Positions 23,898 to 33,600 of a DNA stretch of 46,098 bases are shown here, one piece after another. The DNA is taken from assembly GCA_051294375.1 (NCBI GenBank), contig JBJCIZ010000698.1:1-46098 (forward strand), in the 5' to 3' direction. Made by a program: the position numbers and the translations under genes. Position 1 is the first letter of the stretch. The number at the start of each line of letters is the position of its first letter. The notes beneath the pieces are model-generated. The model was not told where the DNA came from, did not search any database, and saw only the letters and a program-made list of their open reading frames with translations. Origin of the DNA: Paraspadella gotoi. Its lineage: Eukaryota; Animalia; Chaetognatha.

Positions 23898-26225
23898 ATG
23901 GAGGGTTCTGATGACTCTGAGAATGAATTGCTCCAAGAACTTTTTGAGAACCCCCCCTTGAAAACATTGACGAATCCACCCTGAGAATCGAGCAGTACCT
24001 CACCGACGACATGTACACCGGCGTGGCTTCAAAAATTTGTTTTCTGAGACACCAAGACGATGATGAAAAACGCTTCCGCTATGAGACTGAGGTTCTTATA
24101 TATCTCAATTTCCATATAAGACCTTTTCTCAGAGAGCTCCTCTCGAGAGAGGAAGACGATCGACCTTATAAGTACCTTATTTGGATTGCTGGCGGTGAGA
24201 TTTGTTTTTTTGTTTGTTTTTTTCTTTCTTTTTTTGTCTTTTTTTTTCTTTTTATTTATTTTATTTTTGCTTTTTGTTCTTTTTCCCACTTGTGGGCACA
24301 TCATATTTTATATAGTCACACTAACCATCAAAAAGAAAGAGAAAATGGAAAAAAAACTTTTTTTCTTTTCTTTTCAGAAGTGCAAATGGCGAAAGCGTTG
24401 GATAGAGACTGTCAAATGAGCCACTGGTGTTCCTTTCGAAATCAATACTGGTGTCAGTTTTTTGAAGAAGATACAGAGACCTGTATCGACAGAATGATCA
24501 ATGAGTTTCTAATTCACACCACAGAGCATTTGGAAACTCTAAGAACACTAGAGAGTGGATGGACTTTTTTATATTTCAAAAGATTCCATGTTAGATACGT
24601 GAGGGCGACGTCCACCAATTTAATTAGATATGGTGCGAATAGTAAAGCAGATCGACAGTTCGTCAAGGATCTACAACCAATCTTCCTCAAAAACATTGCC
24701 GATCCAAACAAATATTATTTGTTTGAGGAAACAGCCAACAAATGTGTATTATATTCCATTGGTATAGCCTTAGAAACCACATTTGGTTCGACACCAAGTA
24801 GCCGCATCGGTAAAAAACATCTCAAAAACATAGTCTCCAAAATAAACATAGGCGATTTTTTTTCCTTCAATAGCAAAGGGATCAATATCAATGACTTCTC
24901 CAAGCTTGAGAAAATAAATTCCCCTCTCCCATCCAATCTAGTAGCGGTTTACCCCTCACTAGTCAATTGTAAGGGGTTTTCTTTAAATGTATTCAAGATA
25001 CAAAAGGCCAGAAATTGTGAGGCATACTCGGTGTTCCCCATCGCTTTAAGCTCTCACCATCGCGACAAAGACTTCTTTCAAATCGATCTCTTAGTAGACA
25101 CCAATGAATTGAGAAAAACTGAGGATCGGGTAAAACCACCTCTGAATGAGAGTGAGCACATTCTTCTTATCTTATCTCTCCCAAGGTTACTAATGTCTTT
25201 TGAGTCGAATATTCAAAAAAAGTTTAACACATCTAAACGACAGTTTGTCTGTCGTGAATGTATCTCTGTCTTCACCCATGGAGAAAGCTATTCAAGCCAC
25301 ATCACCATCTGTCGGGCTTTTGGTAACGGTGGTACAGGGCGTCGGAAATGTGATAATAAAATTGTACACCTACCCTTTGTGAAGAACAAGTTGACAGGAA
25401 AGGAGGAAAAAAACACTGTGAGGTTCCGAAGGGGTGGTTATACAAGAAACTTAAACCACTTTATTTTTCTTGTATAGATTTTGAAGCTAAAACTATTCCC
25501 ATTGAGAGAGTTCAAAACTCGACCATCCACCACCCAAATCAGCTGTCTTTGAGCAAAGAGTTTTAGCGTACTCACTCGCCCACAAGTCACTGTATGAAGA
25601 AAAGTTCCCCTCCCAGAAAACTTACAAAACCCACGCTGTAGGTTTTTAGACGAAAGGGTTGAGAGTGAAACAGATTTCTTCATACAGTTACTGTTGACTA
25701 TAAGAGAAGACATGTGGCTCTTACACCAACACCTGCTCGAGTCTCTTCAGACGGACACGGGTACTCCAAAGATAGAAGAGTTAAACCTTGAGGATAGACT
25801 TCGCTTCGAACTGCAAACTGATGTGACCTTTGCGGCATTACCTTTGGGACATTAGTGAAGAACGAATTAACCAATAAGTTCTATACAGCTTGCAAAAGCT
25901 TAGACCACTGTCATTTGAGTCAGGGTAAAGCGGAACTAAGATTTGTGAGCTGTCAAGCTTGCAATATATCCCTGGCATTTGGGTTCTCCCAAATAAAATA
26001 AAAAACACACTCTACGCTCACAACCTAGCCAAATATGACGCCGTATTCATCCTTCGCGGGGTATTGATGGGGTCTAACCATAGGTAAACGTATCTGATGA
26101 CCCTATAGAGAAACCCATCCTTGCCCCTATAATAAAAACACCCCTAAAATCGTTTTTAAGATGCTCAAACAGCCCTATCCATTCAGTTTAAGTTCTCTTG
26201 CCCTAACCCTACAAGTTGTCCGAAA
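23898..26225 (+). pseudogene. Duplicate 5' fragment of pPolB, frameshifted and truncated at the gap
   Basis: Matches 30688-33027 with several 1-bp deletions (e.g. ~23958, ~25435, ~25530). Confidence 0.8.
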
Positions 26226-27019
26226 NNNNNNNNNNNNNNNNNNNNNNNNNCAGGCTTGTACCTGTGAACATTTTTAAATAAAAAAAATTAATTTTTATTT
26301 TTTAATTTTTACATAGTCAAGATTTAAAAAAAAAATTTTTTTCTTATTTTTAAAAGCAGATTCGAATTCCTTGCAAAAAGTTGAGAGAATGAAAATTATT
26401 TTACTAAGTGGTTCAAAATCCTAAAAAACTATTATTATAAACCTATAATTCAATTTTAGTATAAAGAATATAGTTTTTTTAAATTTTCATTCAAACTTCA
26501 TGAAAAAATTTTGATTAAGACTTATATTTTCTTTAAGCAACTTTTTATGAGGAATTCGAATCTGCTTTCGAAACTAAGAAAAACTTTATTTTAAAATTTT
26601 TAATTTTTTATGGACGTGCTATATGGACGTATGTGAAAATTGGGAAATTTAAAAAAAAAAATTTTTTTTATATCAATGTTCTTTAGTCCAAGGCTGTGGC
26701 TGGTTGTTGCTGTGGCGCAACACATTGGATGGATCAATCTTTTGTTTGTTTTTTTCTACTTTTTTTTATTCTTTACTTGGTTTACGTGATTAACTAATAT
26801 TTTGTATATATTTNNNNNNNNNNCTTCTTTTTTTCTTCACCAACCCTACACGCTGCTGACTTTCACAATGCATATCTAAATCACGGTCCTAACAACTCGC
26901 CATCTTTTCTATATGTCCTCTCTCTCTNNNNNNNNNNCTCTCTCTCTCTTTATTTCTTTTTTATATTTTTTTTTTAAATTTTTTAAAATTTTTTTATTCT
27001 GCTTTTCGGATAGTAAAAA

Positions 27020-29788
27020 TTGTACAAAATTGATAAACATCAAAATTTCTCTTCTCTTGCTAAAACGCTCCTTGATCACACGCATCCAATAACGCGGGGA
27101 TTAGCCCTTCTTGACGCAATGTCTTGTCCTCAGGGAGATGCGTTAGCCATAAATTCTGGAGACGGTGGGAGAAGTACTTTGGAAACAGTGACTAATTTGT
27201 TCTATTCATTCGCCTCATCGTCGTCGACGCCGTCGTCTTCCACACTGTCTTCGCCCACGTCGTCATTAGCGCGTCCCCTCACTGGAGGTGAAGAACAGGG
27301 TCAACCAACTTTTCTAGAAAGAATGCATGAAATAATAGAAAAGATTGCAGGGTCAGAGGACGAGGTTGAGGAGTTGAAAAGAGAGATTGCTTCTACCCTT
27401 ACCCTTGATCAAAATACGCTTGTGAATCAGCATTTGGCCCGCGCGATGGGATTCGCATCATTCAAACACCTACAAATTTTTCTAAATGAGAAAAAAAACG
27501 AAATTCTCAATCAAGAAAAAAGAAAGGTTGCACTAACCTTTCCCCTTGAGATGTCTACAAATTATGTTCTTTCACTTGTGATGTCGAATCCTCATCTGAG
27601 TGACTTCGAACATAACGAGTTTGACGCCATGCTCAAGAGGTATCTCGACAATCAAACCCCTTCCTTTCACGACGTGTCGGGTAGAATTAAACAAATAAGA
27701 GAATTCACCAAACGAAATGTCGAATTCTACCTGGCGAACCGTTCGACCGGCGCAATCTCCTTGCTTTCATACTTGGATGGTTCTACCATCGGAAAAAGAA
27801 AAGTCGCAGCCAGCGCGCTGGAGGCTGTGGTCAAAAAGATTAAGGAGGAATCCTCAAGTTCAACAGCGCACAAGTCTTACAATTTAAGCGTAAACGAGGA
27901 GCGGATTCCTCATGCGTTCAACTGCTTTGTGTGTCCGCCAACAGCGCCGGTTTCAGATAAACAAATTGAAGAGTCGAATTACTCCTTCTCGCAATCGTGG
28001 TTGCCGATGTTCAATGTATCCCGAGCTCGAGTATTGGACACGCTTGAGGATGTGAAGGAACACTACAAGAAATTCCACGCTCCGAGCTACACGCACACGG
28101 GGGTTCCACCCACTTCGGGTAAAAAAGGACCAGCGTTAAAAAACAATCCCCACAGCTACATCATCCCTTGTGGGTTTTGCGCGAGTCTGAACCCAAACAC
28201 AAACCCTGACAATTTTTTGTGTTGTTTTTTTTGCTTCGACAATCACAATAGCCTCCTCCACGCGGAGCAGGACAAGTTCCTCTCGACTTATCGTCTCCTG
28301 AAGGCCAGTTTGTTACATGATCAATACAAGCTGGACATAGCGAAAAGCTGCTTCCTCATTCGCTGTAATATCTGTTTGACCCTCCAAGCCTCCGACCTTG
28401 CTCGCGAGCGTCACGAGAAAGTATGCCTCGCGAGAGTCCTTTCAGGCTCCATGTACTATGGACAACCTTACTCTTACGTGAGAGCCTATGAGACAAAGGC
28501 ATCTTTGGCTCAAAGAGAGGAGAGTGAGAAGAGGGTGTTAGCTCAGCAGATCAAAAAGTTTTTAGAGCGTGTGGAGACAAAGACCACCCTCTATCCACAT
28601 GAAGATAGACTATCCTCAAACTCCCCCAAAAAAGTGACATTAGGCGCAACGATGACGACGATGAGTGAAACTGGTCTCACGACGCCATCTTCTTTACCGA
28701 GATTCGTAACCACACTCGCCTCCGAGGTTGAAGACATCATCACAACTCTACCCACACATTTACAGTTCTCACGAGAGAACGGACTGCAACATAACCCTGT
28801 CATCGAAACCCTATCGCCAGCCGTTGATGATGAGATTGGAGAGGACCCAAACAAGAACACGGAGATACAAGCACGGCGACCTCGTTCATCTTTGACGCGA
28901 GCCTTACCCTCTTTCCAATTACCTGAACCCACAACAAGCGAGTCCTTTGGAGGGGACAAGCTGTTGGACACACCACGAAAAAAACGACCAATTGTGTCAC
29001 GAGTCATTTCGAGCGACGAGGATAGCGAGGAAGAAGACGACGACGAGAAGGATAAAGAGGAGGAAGAAGACAAGAAGGAGGTCGAGGAGGAGGAAAATGA
29101 TACTGGGGGAGTGTTAGAGATGGAAAATAGAGATGAGAGGGGGGGGGAGGAGCGGGAGAGAGTGAGCAGGGCTGAAGGGGGTGAGGATTCCGAGTGGGAA
29201 AACGAGAAAAGGAAAAAGAAACCTGTGTTTAAAACCCCAAGAGGAGATAGGGAGGATAGCGAGAAGGAAAAGGAGAGGAAGTCTAAAAAAGGAAAGGGAA
29301 AAAGAAGGAAAGTTGATTCAGAGGAAAGCACTGAGGAAGAGAGGGAAAAAACTACACAGGACAAGAGAGACAAGAACAGAATAAAAAACTGGGGGAGGAG
29401 TAGTAGGTTGAAAGAAAACTCAAATAAAGGGGAAGTTAAAAAAAAAGGTGGAAAAGAGGAAAAGGAAACTGAGGGAAAAGAAAGGGAAAAAATAGAAAAG
29501 AAAAGAAAGAAGGAGGAGTTGGAGCGGTCTGTGGGGAAGAAGTTTGGGAAGAACAAAAGGGCGAAGAGAGTTCTTCAAGGACTGATGCAGATGTTCTCTT
29601 TTTCCGATGAGGATACAGACAATGAAGAGAGAAAAAATAACTCCTCCAAATGTTCCAAACGCTCCAAACGCTCCAAACGCTCCAAACGCTCTAACAAACC
29701 CAAAAGAAAACCAATCTCCGACGACGACGACGACGACGACGNNNNNNNNNNNNNNNNNNNCAGTGACAGCGACAGTGACAGCGACTAG
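27020..29788 (+). CDS. Large hypothetical protein (~890-920 aa): Cys/His zinc-binding core and long acidic/basic disordered tail; start uncertain (TTG in the track, first ATG at MSCPQG)
   Basis: 922-codon open frame. CFVC...HYKKFH, CGFC...CCFFCFDNHNSLLH and CNIC-x11-HEKVC motifs; E/D/K/R-rich C-terminus with NLS-like KRKKK. Confidence 0.8.
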   Translation: MYKIDKHQNFSSLAKTLLDHTHPITRGLALLDAMSCPQGDALAINSGDGGRSTLETVTNLFYSFASSSSTPSSSTLSSPTSSLARPLTGGEEQGQPTFLERMHEIIEKIAGSEDEVEELKREIASTLTLDQNTLVNQHLARAMGFASFKHLQIFLNEKKNEILNQEKRKVALTFPLEMSTNYVLSLVMSNPHLSDFEHNEFDAMLKRYLDNQTPSFHDVSGRIKQIREFTKRNVEFYLANRSTGAISLLSYLDGSTIGKRKVAASALEAVVKKIKEESSSSTAHKSYNLSVNEERIPHAFNCFVCPPTAPVSDKQIEESNYSFSQSWLPMFNVSRARVLDTLEDVKEHYKKFHAPSYTHTGVPPTSGKKGPALKNNPHSYIIPCGFCASLNPNTNPDNFLCCFFCFDNHNSLLHAEQDKFLSTYRLLKASLLHDQYKLDIAKSCFLIRCNICLTLQASDLARERHEKVCLARVLSGSMYYGQPYSYVRAYETKASLAQREESEKRVLAQQIKKFLERVETKTTLYPHEDRLSSNSPKKVTLGATMTTMSETGLTTPSSLPRFVTTLASEVEDIITTLPTHLQFSRENGLQHNPVIETLSPAVDDEIGEDPNKNTEIQARRPRSSLTRALPSFQLPEPTTSESFGGDKLLDTPRKKRPIVSRVISSDEDSEEEDDDEKDKEEEEDKKEVEEEENDTGGVLEMENRDERGGEERERVSRAEGGEDSEWENEKRKKKPVFKTPRGDREDSEKEKERKSKKGKGKRRKVDSEESTEEEREKTTQDKRDKNRIKNWGRSSRLKENSNKGEVKKKGGKEEKETEGKEREKIEKKRKKEELERSVGKKFGKNKRAKRVLQGLMQMFSFSDEDTDNEERKNNSSKCSKRSKRSKRSKRSNKPKRKPISDDDDDDDXXXXXXXSDSDSDSD

Positions 29789-30053
29789 TAGATATTCATT
29801 TATAGTCAATTTATGTCTTAAAACCTACTACTCTCTCTTTCTCCTCATAATTCGAATTGCGAGTTTTTGTTTATATATTTCTTTTATACTCTGTAGCTGA
29901 ATGAGTTCTTTTTGTTTTTGTTTACAAGGAAGGTAACAAAAAATCTTTTAAAAAAAAGAAAAAAAAACTTATTCTGTCATCGCGAAAATTTCTCCTCTCT
30001 CTCTCTCTCTATCTCCCATTTTTCCTTTTTCTCCACTTACCCTTTCTTTGAAA

Positions 30054-30534
30054 ATGGAAAACAAGTCGAAATACACGATCAACCGCGAAAGACTTCAAAG
30101 AAAATTAAAAAATATAACAAACCAAATGGAAGAGTTGACAAAGAACCTGCATAACCTTATCAGACAAACTAATAGAATCGCGACTAGTCTCGCTAGATTA
30201 GAATCGAAGGAACTTGCAAGACGGAAAGGAAAAAAAAGACAAATCGCCATTGTAAGACCATCAAAAAAAGCCAATGGGACGCGCTATGTGACGCCAGGCG
30301 GATCAGGTTGTTTTTTTTTTTTAATTAAAAAAGAACAACATAACAATCGCTAAAACCCAACCTCTTTTTTTTCTTTTATAATACAATTCAACTTTTTTTT
30401 AACCCAATCGACTCGCCTTCCAAGTCATCCATGTCCTTGATAACCGAGCCACCCCAAGCCCACCAACCCAGCCTCAACCACAACCACAAACCCAACCTTC
30501 AACATCTAGCCAAAACTTAATTGTTTTAGATTAG
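30054..30534 (+). CDS. Small coiled-coil/basic protein with Pro/Gln-rich tail, 2 exons (~120 aa)
   Basis: Heptad pattern LQRKLKNITNQMEELTKNLHNLIRQTNRIATSLARLE. Phase-1 intron 30307-30424 leads to VIHVLDNRATPSPPTQPQPQPQTQPSTSSQNLIVLD*. Confidence 0.6.
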
Positions 30535-30687
30535 AAATTTAGATATTTTTTTTTTCACCTCCCCAATATATATAGAATAGTTATTTTTGCTTTGTTATAG
30601 TTTAGACTTTTTGTAGTAATATATTTCTGTTCACGTTAGCTGATAGTAAATTGTATTTTTTTTATTCCTTTCCTTTTAAGAAAAAAA

Positions 30688-33600
30688 ATGGAGGGTTCTG
30701 ATGACTCTGAGAATGAATTGCTCCAAGAACTTTTTGAGAACCCCCCCCTTGAAAACATTGACGAATCCACCCTGAGAATCGAGCAGTACCTCACCGACGA
30801 CATGTACACCGGCGTGGCTTCAAAAATTTGTTTTCTGAGACACCAAGACGATGATGAAAAACGCTTCCGCTATGAGACTGAGGTTCTTATATATCTCAAT
30901 TTCCATATAAGACCTTTTCTCAGAGAGCTCCTCTCGAGAGAGGAAGACGATCGACCTTATAAGTACCTTATTTGGATTGCTGGCGGTGAGATTTGTTTTT
31001 TTGTTTGTTTTTTTCTTTCTTTTTTTTTTTGTCTTTTNNNNNNNNNNATTTATTTTATTTTTGCTTTTTGTTCTTTTTCCCACTTGTGGGCACATCATAT
31101 TTTATATAGTCACACTAACCATCAAAAAGAAAGAGAAAATGGAAAAAAAACTTTTTTTCTTTTCTTTTCAGAAGTGCAAATGGCGAAAGCGTTGGATAGA
31201 GACTGTCAAATGAGCCACTGGTGTTCCTTTCGAAATCAATACTGGTGTCAGTTTTTTGAAGAAGATACAGAGACCTGTATCGACAGAATGATCAATGAGT
31301 TTCTAATTCACACCACAGAGCATTTGGAAACTCTAAGAACACTAGAGAGTGGATGGACTTTTTTATATTTCAAAAGATTCCATGTTAGATACGTGAGGGC
31401 GACGTCCACCAATTTAATTAGATATGGTGCGAATAGTAAAGCAGATCGACAGTTCGTCAAGGATCTACAACCAATCTTCCTCAAAAACATTGCCGATCCA
31501 AACAAATATTATTTGTTTGAGGAAACAGCCAACAAATGTGTATTATATTCCATTGGTATAGCCTTAGAAACCACATTTGGTTCGACACCAAGTAGCCGCA
31601 TCGGTAAAAAACATCTCAAAAACATAGTCTCCAAAATAAACATAGGCGATTTTTTTTCCTTCAATAGCAAAGGGATCAATATCAATGACTTCTCCAAGCT
31701 TGAGAAAATAAATTCCCCTCTCCCATCCAATCTAGTAGCGGTTTACCCCTCACTAGTCAATTGTAAGGGGTTTTCTTTAAATGTATTCAAGATACAAAAG
31801 GCCAGAAATTGTGAGGCATACTCGGTGTTCCCCATCGCTTTAAGCTCTCACCATCGCGACAAAGACTTCTTTCAAATCGATCTCTTAGTAGACACCAATG
31901 AATTGAGAAAAACTGAGGATCGGGTAAAACCACCTCTGAATGAGAGTGAGCACATTCTTCTTATCTTATCTCTCCCAAGGTTACTAATGTCTTTTGAGTC
32001 GAATATTCAAAAAAAGTTTAACACATCTAAACGACAGTTTGTCTGTCGTGAATGTATCTCTGTCTTCACCCATGGAGAAAGCTATTCAAGCCACATCACC
32101 ATCTGTCGGGCTTTTGGTAACGGTGGTACAGGGCGTCGGAAATGTGATAATAAAATTGTACACCTACCCTTTGTGAAGAACAAGTTGACAGGAAAGGAGG
32201 AAAAAAACACTGTGAGGTTCCGAAGGGGGTGGTTATACAAGAAACTTAAACCACTTTATTTTTCTTGTATAGATTTTGAAGCTAAAACTATTCCCATTGA
32301 GAGAGTTCAAAACTCGACCATCCCACCACCCAAATCAGCTGTCTTTGAGCAAAGAGTTTTAGCGTACTCACTCGCCCACAAGTCACTGTATGAAGAAAAG
32401 TTCCCCCTCCCAGAAAACTTACAAAACCCACGCTGTAGGTTTTTAGACGAAAGGGTTGAGAGTGAAACAGATTTCTTCATACAGTTACTGTTGACTATAA
32501 GAGAAGACATGTGGCTCTTACACCAACACCTGCTCGAGTCTCTTCAGACGGACACGGGTACTCCAAAGATAGAAGAGTTAAACCTTGAGGATAGACTTCG
32601 CTTCGAACTGCAAACTGAGTGTGACCTTTGCGGCATTACCTTTGGGACATTAGTGAAGAACGAATTAACCAATAAGTTCTATACAGCTTGCAAAAGCTTA
32701 GACCACTGTCATTTGAGTCAGGGTAAAGCGGAACTAAGATTTGTGAGCTGTCAAGCTTGCAATATATCCCTGGCATTTGGGTTTCTCCCAAATAAAATAA
32801 AAAACACACTCTACGCTCACAACCTAGCCAAATATGACGCCGTATTCATCCTTCGCGGGGTATTGATGGGGTCTAACCATAGGGTAAACGTATCTGATGA
32901 CCCTATAGAGAAACCCATCCTTGCCCCTATAATAAAAAACACCCCTAAAATCGTTTTTAAAGATGCTCAAACAGCCCTATCCATTCAGTTTAAGTTCTCT
33001 TGCCCTAACCCTACAAGTTGTCCGAAATGTCGTTACACATCAAAAGAAAGAGAGGAAATCGCTAAAATCAATGGCGTTACTCCAACTTGTGCCTTTGATC
33101 GTTCTGTGTTGATTAAAGATAGTCTGTTTCTGGTTAGTTTTCCTTTGTCAAAAATAATTTCAGACACTCACCAATCAACCGTAAAACATGGTTTATCTAC
33201 AAAGAATGTCTTTTCATCGACTCACCAATTTGTCAAAAAACATAATTACAGTGATTCGCAGTTTGAATTTTTCATTCAGCAAAAAACCCCAATGCCTTTC
33301 GAGATCATAGATAGTTATGAGAGTCTTGTAAACACAACGCAAATACCTACCATTGAGAAGTTCACGTCTGCATTGAGTGGTAGAAGCGAACTCTCTCTTT
33401 CAGACTACAATGTTTTTGTAAAAGTTTGGACTGAACTAGGGGTTGAGAACCTGCTTCAACTACTGAGATTCTACGTAAACTTTGACGTTCTGCTCCTCCT
33501 TGACTGTCTAAATTATTATTTTCAAGAGTTACACATCACGACCGGGTTCCATCCTATCTACTTCGAGGTGTGGTCTCTTACAAATTTTTTTCTAGTGTTT

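Larger units (their letters stand above)
19463..33027 (+). repeat. Near-identical ~6.8-kb tandem duplication (19463-26225 and 26251-33027) across a 25-N gap; probable assembly overlap
   Basis: Both copies start CAGGCTTGTACCTGTG and end TGTCCGAAA. Copy 1 accumulates single-base deletions towards the gap. Confidence 0.95.

Noticed and set aside
20230-26225. A genuine second pPolB/zinc-finger paralog set
   Set aside because: Near identity, the gap junction and the error pattern favour an assembly overlap.
30986-31171. Hydrophobic Phe-rich 'transmembrane' segment in the 990-aa pPolB ORF
   Set aside because: It is an in-frame GT..AG intron read through by the ORF caller.
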